From Deinococcus sp. (GTDB taxonomy: Bacteria > Deinococcota > Deinococci > Deinococcales > Deinococcaceae): a stretch of DNA of 64,000 nt. This document shows, one piece after another, positions 40,911 to 52,911 of this stretch. The notes beneath the pieces are model-generated. The model searched no databases. It was given only the letters and a program-made list of their open reading frames with translations, and was not told the DNA's origin. Made by a program: the position numbers and the translations under genes. Position 1 is the stretch's first letter. Each line of letters starts with the position of its first letter. Where the stretch lies: assembly GCA_965261005.1 (NCBI GenBank), contig OZ253375.1, positions 1,600,001-1,664,000 of the forward strand, read 5' to 3'.

Positions 40911-41465
40911 GTGACGTTGTATCCGGTGTTCCTCGACCTGAGCGGCGTGCGGGTGTTGGTCGTCGGCGGCGGCGAGATCGGGCTGCGCCGGGCGCGTGCT
41001 CTGTGTGAGGCGGGCGCCGAGGTTCATGTGGTCTCGCCCGAGATGCACCCCGAGTTGGAGGGGATGGACGCGACCCTCATTCGGCGCGCCTTTGTGCCGG
41101 AGGACTTGGACGGCGTGCGGCTCGCCTTTGCCTGCACCAACTCGGACGCGGCGAACGGCGCGCTGGCGGGCGAGGCCAGGAGACGCGGCGTGTGGTGCAG
41201 CGACGCCTCGCGGCCGGGGCGGGGCGACCTGCGCTTGGGCGCGACCCTGACGCGCGGCCCTCTTCAGGTGGCGCTCAGCAGCGGCGCCGAGCTGCCCTAC
41301 CTGGCGCAGGCGTTGCGCGACAAGCTGACGGGCGCGCTGCCGGACGCGCTGCCGGTGGACGCTTGGGCCGCCCGACGTCAGGCGGCGCTGGGGTTGCCGC
41401 CCGAGCAGCGCGAGCTGGTCATGGCGACCCTGAAGGGCGAGATTCGCCGGGCGGTGGGCGTGTGA
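40911..41465 (+). CDS. Precorrin-2 dehydrogenase/sirohydrochlorin ferrochelatase family (SirC/CysG-N)
   Basis: YPVFLDL...[18 protein letters not shown] 6 nt before GTG. Confidence 0.88.
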   Translation: MTLYPVFLDLSGVRVLVVGGGEIGLRRARALCEAGAEVHVVSPEMHPELEGMDATLIRRAFVPEDLDGVRLAFACTNSDAANGALAGEARRRGVWCSDASRPGRGDLRLGATLTRGPLQVALSSGAELPYLAQALRDKLTGALPDALPVDAWAARRQAALGLPPEQRELVMATLKGEIRRAVGV

Positions 41466-42496
41466 GCCTCGACCCTCACACGCTGGATTTGGCCGTGGTC
41501 GGCCTCAACCACAAGAGCGCTCCCCTCAGCGTGCGCGAGCGCGCCGCCGTGCGCCCGGAGGAGCAGGCGGCCATCCTGGCCCACCTGCGCGCCCACGCCG
41601 ACGAGGTGATGTTGCTCTCCACCTGCAACCGCACCGAGGTCTACCTGGCCGGCGTGCGGGGCGACCCGCTGTCCGCCTTCGAGGGGGCCTGGGGCCAGGC
41701 GTTGCGCCCCTACCTGTACGTGCTGGAGGGCGAGGCCGCCGCGCTGCACCTTCACCGGGTCGCGGGGGGCCTCGACAGCTTGGTGATCGGCGAGACGCAG
41801 ATTCAGGGTCAGGTCAAGCGCGCGTGGCAGGACGCCAGAGAGCGCGGCCTGACCGGCCCCGTGCTGAACAAGGCGGCCCAAAGCGCCCTGCACGCCGGCA
41901 AGCGCGTTCGCAGCGAGACCGGCGTGGCCGACAAGGTGCTGAGCGTGTCTGCCGCCGCCGTGGAACTCGCCGGCAATATCTTCGGCACCCTGCGCGGGCG
42001 CAGCGCCATGATCGTGGGCGCCGGCGAGACCGCCGAGCTGACCCTGACCCACCTGCGCGCCGCCGGCGTCGAGCGCGTGACGGTCGTGAACCGCAGCGTG
42101 GAGCGCGCCCAGGAACTGGCGAGCAAGCTGGGCGGCCACGCCTGCCCGGTAGACCTGGTGGCGGGGGTGCTGCCAGAGACCGACGTGGTGATCGCCTCGG
42201 CGGCGGCGCCACATTACGTGCTGTGGCCCGATCTGATCGCGGGGGCGCTGGCGGGGCGCTCGCGGCCCATGTTCCTGATCGACATCAGCGTGCCGCGCAT
42301 CATTGACCCGGCGTGCGCCGAGGTGGATGGGGCCTACCTCTACAACCTCGACGACCTGACCCGCATCGTGGAGAAGAACCTCAGCGAGCGGCGCAGCTTC
42401 GTGCCGCTCGCTGAGGCCATCGTGCGCGAGGAGGTGGCCGCGCTGGAAAAGTGGGCCAGCTTCCGCGCGGCGCGGGTAAAAATCAGCTCCTCATAA
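41462..42496 (+). CDS. hemA: Glutamyl-tRNA reductase
   Basis: [40 protein letters not shown]. Confidence 0.96.
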   Translation: MSLDPHTLDLAVVGLNHKSAPLSVRERAAVRPEEQAAILAHLRAHADEVMLLSTCNRTEVYLAGVRGDPLSAFEGAWGQALRPYLYVLEGEAAALHLHRVAGGLDSLVIGETQIQGQVKRAWQDARERGLTGPVLNKAAQSALHAGKRVRSETGVADKVLSVSAAAVELAGNIFGTLRGRSAMIVGAGETAELTLTHLRAAGVERVTVVNRSVERAQELASKLGGHACPVDLVAGVLPETDVVIASAAAPHYVLWPDLIAGALAGRSRPMFLIDISVPRIIDPACAEVDGAYLYNLDDLTRIVEKNLSERRSFVPLAEAIVREEVAALEKWASFRAARVKISSS

Positions 42497-42515
42497 ACCA
42501 AGTCTCCCAAAGCTC

Positions 42516-44339
42516 TTAGGGGTTCTGGGGCGAAAGCTTATAAATGGCGCCGGCGGTGTCGTCCGAGATCAACAGGTTGCCGTTCGCGTCAGGGGCGGCG
42601 TCCACCGGACGGCCCCAGCGGACCTTGTTGATGGGGTCGGTCACCCAGCCGGTCACCAAGTCCAGTTCCCCTCCCGGCGTGCCGTCCGCCTTCCAGGGAA
42701 AGAAGATCACCTTGCTGCCCACCAGCTTCGAGCAGTTCCAGCAGCCGTGCAGCGCGATGGCGGCGCCGCTTTTATAGGCGGCGGGCAGCTTGGAGTTTTG
42801 GAGAAAACTTAGGCCCAGCGGCGCGCTGTGGGCCTGAACGCCCTTGCTGATGCGGTCGGCAGAGGCGCAGTTGAGCTTGCTGCCGTCCGGGTTGTTCTGC
42901 GCGTCGCGGTCGAAGGGCATATTGTCGGGGCCGCCGTCCGGGTTGGGGTTGCAGTAGGGCCAGCCATAGTTGCCGCCGTCGCGAACCTTGGTGAACTCCT
43001 CGGGCGGGTGGTTGTCCACGTAGCTCTGCATGACCTTGCCGTAGTCGTCGCCGCTGCCGTCCCCCTGCCAATCGTTGTGAAAGGGGTAAGCGATGTTGTC
43101 ACGGTTATTGACGGCCACCCACAGCTCGCTGGTGCCCGGCACAAAGGCCAGGCCCTCGGCGTTGCGAATGCCCTGCGCGAACAGCCGCCCGCCGCTGCCG
43201 TCGGCGTTGTACTGGTAAATGGCGGCCCGCTTGAAGGCGCCGGTCACGTCGGTCGGGTCGGCGTTGGTGGCCGAGGCGACCGAGACGTACAGCTTGTGGT
43301 CGGCGCCGATGGCGATGTTCTTGAGGGCGTGGGCATAAGCGCCCTTGAGTTCAGGGGTGCTGGCGTCGGGCAAGTTGTCCACCACCGTCTGCGCGGCTTG
43401 CCGGGTCGTGTCGCCCGCCGCGTACACCGAGCGGGTGACGCGGTTGCTTTCCGACAGGTAAAGGGAGCTGGTCCCGTTCTGGGTGTCGAGAACGAGGTCG
43501 TGCGGGCTGCGCAAGCCCGTGGCGAAGTCGGACACCGCGCCCGCGCCGTTCGCGCCGGGGCGGACCAGCAGCACCTTGCCGGTGCTGGGCTGCGACACCA
43601 GAAGATCGCCGTTCGGCAGCGGCAGCAAAAAGCGCGCCCCCGGAATGCGGGCGTACACCGAGATGGCGAAGCCCGGCGGCACCGTCAGAAAGCGGTCCTG
43701 ATCGAAGGGGGCGGCGCGCAAGTTCGCCGGCACGCTCACCTTGACGCTTTGGCTGGCCCCAAGCGGGGTGCCGGCGTCAACCGCCGTCAGCTTCCATTGT
43801 TGGGCGCAGCTGCCGTTGTCAGTCCACAGCTGCACGTTGGTGCCGTTGGCGGTTCTCGCGTGGTCCACGTCCAGCACCTTGCCATTGTCAAAGCGCGACA
43901 CCAGCTTGACGAAGCCGTTTCCCAAATCCACCGGCTTCCACTGCTGGGCGCCCGTGTTGTTCAAGGTGTACTGCCACACGTTGGTGCCGTCCTGGGCGCC
44001 GCCGTAGCGGACGTCAAGGGCCTTACCGCTGTGCTGCGCGATCAGCTGGTAATAGCCCGAGTCGGTCGCCACCAGCTTCCACTGCTGGTTGAGGTTTCCG
44101 GTGGAACCCCAGATTTGCACGTTGGCCCCGTCGTTTTTGGACACGCCGGACACGTCGAGCACCCCCTTGCCGCAGACGTTCTGCAAGCTGTAGACGCCGC
44201 CGGCGGTCACGGCCTGCGGCTGAAGGGGTGAGGGGATGGCCGGGCGCACGGGGGACGTCTGCTGTCCGCAGGCGCCAAGCAACAGCGCGGACAGCAGCAA
44301 AAAGAACGGGCGACCGGAAACCAGAACGCGTTGGCGCAT
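42516..44339 (-). CDS. Lipoprotein: ricin B lectin plus PQQ-dependent (sorbosone/GSDH-type) beta-propeller dehydrogenase
   Basis: Lipobox LLGAC; QxW repeats; GLRSPH, GIRNAEGL, YGWPYC, AHSAPLGL, GRPVD. Confidence 0.88.
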   Translation of the reverse strand: MRQRVLVSGRPFFLLLSALLLGACGQQTSPVRPAIPSPLQPQAVTAGGVYSLQNVCGKGVLDVSGVSKNDGANVQIWGSTGNLNQQWKLVATDSGYYQLIAQHSGKALDVRYGGAQDGTNVWQYTLNNTGAQQWKPVDLGNGFVKLVSRFDNGKVLDVDHARTANGTNVQLWTDNGSCAQQWKLTAVDAGTPLGASQSVKVSVPANLRAAPFDQDRFLTVPPGFAISVYARIPGARFLLPLPNGDLLVSQPSTGKVLLVRPGANGAGAVSDFATGLRSPHDLVLDTQNGTSSLYLSESNRVTRSVYAAGDTTRQAAQTVVDNLPDASTPELKGAYAHALKNIAIGADHKLYVSVASATNADPTDVTGAFKRAAIYQYNADGSGGRLFAQGIRNAEGLAFVPGTSELWVAVNNRDNIAYPFHNDWQGDGSGDDYGKVMQSYVDNHPPEEFTKVRDGGNYGWPYCNPNPDGGPDNMPFDRDAQNNPDGSKLNCASADRISKGVQAHSAPLGLSFLQNSKLPAAYKSGAAIALHGCWNCSKLVGSKVIFFPWKADGTPGGELDLVTGWVTDPINKVRWGRPVDAAPDANGNLLISDDTAGAIYKLSPQNP

Positions 44340-44442
44340 ACACAACTCCTGGGGAGAGCGAGAGCACATGAGGAGGGCTTAACGAAACGCTACCCCTTAT
44401 CGCTTGGAGGCGGGGGCGAGTTCTTCACAGCGCCCGAAGCAT

Positions 44443-44475
44443 AAAAAAACCATGAAGCCCTACCCAGCTTCATGG
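44443..44475 (-). terminator. Rho-independent terminator of fab operon
   Basis: CCATGAAGC-N8-GCTTCATGG followed by T7 on minus strand. Confidence 0.75.
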
Positions 44476-44491
44476 CCCATCCATGTGAAGC

Positions 44492-45727
<1,236 letters not shown>

Positions 45728-45741
45728 GTCGCTCCAAGATA

Positions 45742-45770
45742 GCGCGGGCGGGGCGCTCCCCCGCCCGCGC
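45742..45770 (-). terminator. Strong hairpin between acpP and fabF (partial terminator or mRNA stabiliser)
   Basis: GCGCGGGCGGGG-N5-CCCCGCCCGCGC. Confidence 0.6.
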
Positions 45771-45783
45771 CCGCCATACGGCC

Positions 45784-46014
45784 TTATTGCTGGCCCTGAA
45801 TGTAGTCCACCGCCGACTGCACGGTGCGGATGTTCTCGGCGTCCTCGTCGCTGATGGTGATGCCGAACTTGTCCTCCAGGCCCATCACCAGCTCGACCGT
45901 CTCCAAACTGTCGGCGCCCAAGTCCTCCACAAAGCGCGCCTCCGGCGTCACCTTGTCCGGCTCGACGCCCAACTTGTCCACGATCACGTCCTTGACTTGT
46001 TCAAATGTGTCCAT
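45784..46014 (-). CDS. acpP: Acyl carrier protein
   Basis: [21 protein letters not shown]. Confidence 0.98.
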   Translation of the reverse strand: MDTFEQVKDVIVDKLGVEPDKVTPEARFVEDLGADSLETVELVMGLEDKFGITISDEDAENIRTVQSAVDYIQGQQ

Positions 46015-46086
46015 GTGGTTCCTCCTGTGTCAAGCGGGGACAGTGTATCGGATCTGGGTTGTGGGATGTCGGGTTCAGTGCGGGCG

Positions 46087-46845
46087 TCAGTGTGGATAAA
46101 GGCCGCCGTCCACGCCGATCACCTGTCCGGTGATGTAGCCGGCGGCGTCCGACGCCAGAAAGGCGACCAGCGCCGCCACGTCCTCGGGCGAGCCGAAGCG
46201 GCCGAGCGGGATGTTCGCGAGGTAGCCCGCCCGCACGTTCTCGGGCAGCGCCGCCGTCATGTCGGACGCGATAAAGCCGGGCGCCACCGCGTTGACGGTG
46301 ACGCCGCGCCCGCCGTACTCCCGCGCGAGGGCCTTGGTCAACCCGATCAGGCCGGCCTTGCTGGCGACGTAGTTGGCCTGACCGGCGTTGCCCATCAAGC
46401 CGACCACGCTGGACACGCTGATGACGCGCCCCGCCCGCGCCCGCATCATCAGCTTGAGGGCGGCGCGCGCCGCGAAAAAGGACGCGCTCAAGTTGGTGTC
46501 GAGAACGCTTTGCCAATCGTCGTCCTTCATGCGCACGGCCAGGCCGTCCCGGGTGATGCCCGCGTTGTTGACCAGGACGTGCAGCCCGCCGAGTTCCTTC
46601 ACGACCGTCTCGACCAGCTGTCCGGCATTCGCGGGCACGCTCAAATCCGCCCCGAAGACCTCGGCCCGCCCGCCGGCGGCGCGGATTTCTTCCGCTACCT
46701 TGTCGGCCTCGGCCCCGTTTTTGCCGTAGTGCACCGCCACCTGATGTCCCGCCGCCCCCAGCGCCAGCGCCACCGCGCGGCCGAGGCCGCGGCTGGAGCC
46801 GGTGACCAAAGCTACCCTTGAATCTGTCGCCGACTCTGTGCTCAT
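46087..46845 (-). CDS. fabG: 3-oxoacyl-ACP reductase
   Basis: VALVTGSSRGLG, NNAGITRD, GNAGQANYVASK. Confidence 0.96.
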   Translation of the reverse strand: MSTESATDSRVALVTGSSRGLGRAVALALGAAGHQVAVHYGKNGAEADKVAEEIRAAGGRAEVFGADLSVPANAGQLVETVVKELGGLHVLVNNAGITRDGLAVRMKDDDWQSVLDTNLSASFFAARAALKLMMRARAGRVISVSSVVGLMGNAGQANYVASKAGLIGLTKALAREYGGRGVTVNAVAPGFIASDMTAALPENVRAGYLANIPLGRFGSPEDVAALVAFLASDAAGYITGQVIGVDGGLYPH

Positions 46846-47363
46846 GTTTTCCCCTCCGGCGTGTTGGTCACGTCCCCCAGCAGCGTGGACGGCTTGCCGC
46901 CCGACTTGAGGATGCTGAAGGTGCCGTCGGTTTCCAGCACCACCGCCTCCACGTCGTCCAGCCGCGAGACACCCTGGGCGCGCACCGCCTCGCGGATTTC
47001 CTCGGGCATCACCCGCTGCTTTCTCAGCGCCCCCTCCAAGAGTTGCCCCTTGTGCAAGAGGAGGGTCGGCTCGGACTTGACCAAGCGGCTGACCCACTTG
47101 CTCCTCAGCGAGGTCCAGGTGACCGCGTATTGCAACCCGATCAGCACCGCAAAGCCCAACACGCCCTCCGCCAGGGAGACGCTCTTGGTCAGCAGCACGC
47201 TCGCCAGGGTGGAACCCAGCGCCACCGTCACCACCAGGTCAAAGGCGTTCAGCTTGGACAGCGTCCGCTTGCCCGACACCCGCAGCAGCAGCACCAAGGC
47301 GACGTAGGCCAGCACGCCCACGACCAAGACGCGCAGCAGGCCGAACCAGGAATCGAAGAACAT
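46842..47363 (-). CDS. DUF421 (YetF-like) membrane protein
   Basis: LRVSGKRTLSKLNAFDLVVTVALGS, VLETDGTFS. Confidence 0.9.
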   Translation of the reverse strand: MFFDSWFGLLRVLVVGVLAYVALVLLLRVSGKRTLSKLNAFDLVVTVALGSTLASVLLTKSVSLAEGVLGFAVLIGLQYAVTWTSLRSKWVSRLVKSEPTLLLHKGQLLEGALRKQRVMPEEIREAVRAQGVSRLDDVEAVVLETDGTFSILKSGGKPSTLLGDVTNTPEGKT

Positions 47364-47371
47364 GCGGCAGC

Positions 47372-48274
47372 TTACCAAGCGGCCAGGTCGGCAGGGACGT
47401 GAACGCCGCGCACCTCGGCTCCCGGCAGGATGCGCCTCACCAGGCCCGAAAGCACGCTGCCGGAGCCGAACTCGATAAATTGGGTGGCACCCAGCGAAGC
47501 TAATTTTTCTATGGTCTCCACCCAACGCACCGGGGCGGTGATCTGCTCGGTCAGCAGGCCGGGCACCGCGCGGGCGTCCGGCACTGGGGCGGCGCTCACG
47601 TTGGCGAGCACCGGGAAGCTCATTTCGCCCAACTTCGCCGCGCGCAAGTCCGGCGTCAGCCCCTCGCGCGCCGGCCACATCAGGGAGCAGTGGAAGGGCG
47701 CGCTGACCTTGAGCGGGATGACCTTGAGGCCCTGAGTCTTGAGGGTGAGGCCCGCCGCCCCGACCGCCCCCGTCTCGCCGCTGATAACGGTCTGGACGCG
47801 CGCATTGTAGTTGGCGATTTCGACGATGCCCGCCGTCGCCTCGCACACTTCGGCCACGGTCTGCGGATCGCCCATCACGGCGCTCATGGCCCCTGCGCCC
47901 GGGGGCACGGCGACCTGCATCAATTGGCCGCGTTTGTGGACCAGCCTGAGGGCGCCCTCCAAGTCCAGCGTGCCCGCCGCCACGTGGGCGCTGTATTCGC
48001 CCAGGCTGTGCCCCGCAGTGAAGGCCGGCGTCAGGCCGGTCACCTCCCGCCAAGCGCGGTAGGCGGCAATGGAGGCCGCGACCAGGGCGGGCTGCTGGTT
48101 GGCCGTCAAGGTCAGGTCCTCGATAGGGCCATTTGCCATCAAACTTCGCAAGCCGGGCACAACCGCCTCAGCCGTCACCAAAACGTCCTCCGCCACCGGA
48201 AAGGCGCCCGCCATCTCGCCCCCCATGCCCAGGGCGTGCGAGTTCTGGCCGGGAAACAGGGCCGCGATCTTCAT
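47372..48274 (-). CDS. fabD: Malonyl-CoA:ACP transacylase
   Basis: LFPGQ, QPAL, GHSLGEY, VSAPFH, PVRW. Confidence 0.96.
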   Translation of the reverse strand: MKIAALFPGQNSHALGMGGEMAGAFPVAEDVLVTAEAVVPGLRSLMANGPIEDLTLTANQQPALVAASIAAYRAWREVTGLTPAFTAGHSLGEYSAHVAAGTLDLEGALRLVHKRGQLMQVAVPPGAGAMSAVMGDPQTVAEVCEATAGIVEIANYNARVQTVISGETGAVGAAGLTLKTQGLKVIPLKVSAPFHCSLMWPAREGLTPDLRAAKLGEMSFPVLANVSAAPVPDARAVPGLLTEQITAPVRWVETIEKLASLGATQFIEFGSGSVLSGLVRRILPGAEVRGVHVPADLAAW

Positions 48275-49257
48275 GCCCCTCCAATCTGCTGACCCCAAGT
48301 CAAAACGGTGGCCGCCCAGGTCAGGCCCGCGCCGAAGGTGACCAGCAGCAGGTGGTCGCCCGCCCTCACCCTGTCGCCGTCGAGGGCGTGCCGCATGGCG
48401 AGGCCGATGGAGGCGGTCGAATTGTTGCCGTACTCGTCCACCGTCACGACCACGCGCGACCCCGGCAGCCCGAGTTTTTCGCGCGCCGCCTCGATGATGC
48501 GGGCGTTGGCCTGGTGCGGTACGAACAGCGCGATGTCGTCCACCGACAGGCCCGCCGCCTGGGCCGCCTCCAGCGTCGCTGAGTGCATGACGCGTACCGC
48601 GAACTTGTAGACCTCGCGCCCGTTCATGAAGACCTTGTCGCTCAGCGGGGTGCCGTCGGGCAGGCAGGGGGCCAGTTGACCCAGGTGCAGGTGTTTGCCG
48701 CCCGACCCGTCGGCGCCCAGCACCCACGACTTGAAGCCGAGCCCATCCGGCACCGCCTCGACAATCGCCGCGCTGGCCCCGTCGCCGAACAGCACGGCGG
48801 TCGAGCGGTCGGTCCAGTCGATCACCTTGGTCAGCGCCTCGGCCCCGATGGTCAGCACCTTGTTGCAGATGCCCGCGCGCACGTAGGCGTCCGCCACCGA
48901 CAGGGCGTAGACCCAGCCCGGACAGGCCGCCAGCAGGTCAAAGGCGCCCGCCCTCAAGCCGAAGTGCTCTTGCACCATGCTGGCGGTCGAGGGAAACAGG
49001 GCGTCGGGCGTGTTGGTCGCCACGATCACCATGTCCACGCCTTCGAGGGCGTCCTCGCCGTGGCGCCGCAGCAAATCCTCCACCGCGCGAACGCCCATAG
49101 TGGAGCAGAACTCGTCCTCGGCGGCGACGTGGCGCCGCTTGATGCCGGTGCGCGAGCTGATCCACTCGTCCGAGGTGTCGAGCAGCTTCTCGAAGTCCTG
49201 ATTGGTCATCACGCGCGCGGGCGCGTAGGTGCCAAGGGCGGTGATGCCGGCGGCCAT
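48271..49257 (-). CDS. fabH: 3-oxoacyl-ACP synthase III
   Basis: DTSDEWI, AAC, LFGDGA, PHQAN, YGNNS, FGAGLTW. Confidence 0.96.
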   Translation of the reverse strand: MAAGITALGTYAPARVMTNQDFEKLLDTSDEWISSRTGIKRRHVAAEDEFCSTMGVRAVEDLLRRHGEDALEGVDMVIVATNTPDALFPSTASMVQEHFGLRAGAFDLLAACPGWVYALSVADAYVRAGICNKVLTIGAEALTKVIDWTDRSTAVLFGDGASAAIVEAVPDGLGFKSWVLGADGSGGKHLHLGQLAPCLPDGTPLSDKVFMNGREVYKFAVRVMHSATLEAAQAAGLSVDDIALFVPHQANARIIEAAREKLGLPGSRVVVTVDEYGNNSTASIGLAMRHALDGDRVRAGDHLLLVTFGAGLTWAATVLTWGQQIGGA

Positions 49258-49264
49258 GCGTACC

Positions 49265-49302
49265 TCCGGGGGCAGCCTAGCAATCTTTGACTGGTGGGTC
49301 AA
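49265..49302 (-). promoter_or_regulatory. fab operon promoter with overlapping palindrome
   Basis: Minus strand TTGACC-N17-TAGGCT; palindrome TTGAC-N6-GTCAA at 49287-49302. Confidence 0.65.
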
Positions 49303-49392
49303 CGAATCCTCCCGTGCGTTTGGGGGTGCCGTTCTGTAAGCTGGGCCGAGCACCCTTCACCCTCAACGGGCGCCCTCACTTCAAGGAGCCGC

Positions 49393-50436
49393 ATGACCAC
49401 CCACCCGACCTCGACCGCTTCCCAACCTTCTGCCCTGCCGCGCCCGCGCACGACGCCGGCGCAGAACGTCGTGACCGTGCTGGTCAGCTTCTGGCTGATG
49501 ATCGGCATCTTCGTGGACGGCTGGGCGCACAACCACTTCGGGGCCTCGCTGGAGACCTTTTTTACGCCGTGGCACGCCATCTTCTACTCGGGCTTTCTGG
49601 CAACGGCGCTGTGGGTGGGCGCCCTGGTGTGGCGCGGCTGGCGGGAAGGGCGGCGCGGGCTGGGCGCGGTGCCGGTGGGATACGAGCTGGGCGTGCTGGG
49701 CGTCTTTATATTCGGCGTGGGCGGGCTGGGCGACCTGACTTGGCACACCGTCTTCGGCATCGAGGTGGGCACGGCGGCGCTGCTGTCGCCGACCCATTTG
49801 CTGCTGTTCCTGGGCGCCGAGTTGCTGGCGGTCTCGCCGCTGTCGGCGGCGTGGCAGACGCCCACACCGCGCCGCGCCCCCGCCGGCGTGGTGTGGCCGG
49901 CGGTGCTGTCCATGACGGCCACCCTGTCATTCGCCTCCTTTATGCACATGTACCTGTGGGCCTTGGTGGACTTGCCGCAGCCGAACAGCTACCTGGCCGA
50001 GCGCGCCCTGCTGGCCGGCACGCTGCTGACCGCCCTGATGCTGGCGGCCCCGGTGCTGTTGCTGCTGAGGCGCTGGCAGCTGCCCTTCGGCGCCGTAACG
50101 GCCATGTACCTGCTCAACACCCTCCTGATGCGCGGCATGACGGTGGGCCTCGGCGACTGGTCGGTCTTGCTGCTGGCCCTCGTGGCCGGGCTGGCCGCCG
50201 ACGGCCTGATTTTCTGGTGGCGCCCGGCGCCGGGGCGACCCCTCGCCTATCGCGCCTTTGCCGTGACCTTACCCCTCCTGGTCTGGGTCCCCTTTTACGT
50301 CGGGGCGCTGTCGCTCGGTTTGCTGAGCATCGGTTTGGAGCTGTGGGCGGGGATATGCGTGATGACGGCCCTGGGTGGCCTGGCCCTCAGCGCCCTGATC
50401 GTGCCGTCCGCGCTGCCGGGGGAGGCGCGGACTTGA
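49393..50436 (+). CDS. Hypothetical multi-pass membrane protein with two DxxxH...PxH motifs
   Basis: AAGGAG RBS; many hydrophobic segments; DGWAH...FTPWH and DLTWH...SPTH. Confidence 0.85.
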   Translation: MTTHPTSTASQPSALPRPRTTPAQNVVTVLVSFWLMIGIFVDGWAHNHFGASLETFFTPWHAIFYSGFLATALWVGALVWRGWREGRRGLGAVPVGYELGVLGVFIFGVGGLGDLTWHTVFGIEVGTAALLSPTHLLLFLGAELLAVSPLSAAWQTPTPRRAPAGVVWPAVLSMTATLSFASFMHMYLWALVDLPQPNSYLAERALLAGTLLTALMLAAPVLLLLRRWQLPFGAVTAMYLLNTLLMRGMTVGLGDWSVLLLALVAGLAADGLIFWWRPAPGRPLAYRAFAVTLPLLVWVPFYVGALSLGLLSIGLELWAGICVMTALGGLALSALIVPSALPGEART

Positions 50437-50602
50437 AGGCGCCGGAACGATCTTAAGAAGCGCTACAAGCTTGTTCGGCGGCCATTTAAGAAGCCGTCAC
50501 CCGGTCCTTTGGGCCGGACGCTAGCCTCCTATGAGTCCGGCGGGGGCCGGTCAACGCTTCGAGCGCGCTGACCGGCCCCCGCTCAAAGGGAGGGCGGTCG
50601 CC

Positions 50603-51749
50603 TTGAACGCGCAGCACGATCTGATTTGTCTTTCACACCTGCGCTGGAACTTCGTGTACCAGCGTCCACAGCACCTGATGACCCGCGCGGCGAGGGAGCG
50701 GCGCGTGCTTTACATGGAGGAAAACGTTTACGAACAAGGGTGTCGGGCGCGTCTCGACGTGCGGCAAGAGGACGGCGTCACGGTGATTGTGCCGCATTTG
50801 CCCTCGGAATTGAGCGGCGACGCGGGCGAGGACGTGGCGCGCGAACTGCTGCGCGCTTACCTGGTGAGCGAGGGCGTGCGGCGTCCGGTCGCCTGGGTCT
50901 ACACCCCCATGCGCCTGCCGCTGCTGGACGGTCTGGAGACCAGCGCCCTGATTTACGACTGCATGGACGAGCTGGCCAACTTTCACGGGGCGCCGCCCGA
51001 ATTGCAGGGGCGCGAGCGGCAACTGCTGGCACGCGCCGACGTGGTCTTCACCGGCGGCGAGCGGTTGTGGGAAGCCAAGAGAATGCAGCACCCGAGCGTC
51101 CACCCCTTCCCCTCCAGCGTGGACGCGGCCCACTTCGCCCGCGCCCGCGCCGGGCTGCCCGATCCGGCGGACCAGCGCGGCATTTCCCGGCCCCGGCTGG
51201 GCTTTTTCGGGGTGATTGACGAGCGCTTCGACACTGGACTCTTGCGCGAGCTGGCCGCGCGCCGCCCGGCGTGGCAGTTCGTGCTGATCGGCCCGACCGT
51301 GAAGATCAACCCGGACAGCTTGCCGCGGGGCGAGAACGTACATTACCTGGGCATGAAAGGCTACGCTGAGCTGCCGAGCTACCTGGCCCATTGGGACGTG
51401 GCGCTCTTGCCCTTCGCGCGCAACGCAGCGACCGAGTTCATCTCCCCCACCAAGACGCCCGAGTACCTGGCGGCGGGCGTGCCGGTCGTCTCGACCGATA
51501 TCCGCGACGTGGTCCGTCCGTGGGGTGAGGCGGGCGCCGCGCGGATCGCGGGCGACGTGGACACCTTCGAGGCGGCCATTCAGGCGGCCCTGACAGAGGA
51601 CAACGCCGCCCGGTTGTCGGCGGCGGACGCGCTGCTGGCCGGCATGTCCTGGGACCGCACCTGGGCCGAGATGGACGCGCTGATCAAGCGGGCCGAGGCG
51701 CAACACGCGCCCCCCCTCGCCAGGGGCGCGAGCGTGGTTGGGGCGGCCG

Positions 51750-51757
<8 letters not shown>
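50603..51757 (+). CDS. Glycosyltransferase (GT4/GT1-like)
   Basis: CLSHLRWNFVYQRPQHL, YDCMDEL, FISPTKTPEYLAAG; GGAGG before TTG. Confidence 0.9.
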
Positions 51758-52907
<1,150 letters not shown>

Positions 52908-52911
52908 GCGG

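Noticed and set aside
41462..42496. hemA and secA appear C-terminally short, suggesting truncation
   Set aside because: All catalytic motifs are intact with clean stops; short forms are, to my knowledge, normal in this lineage
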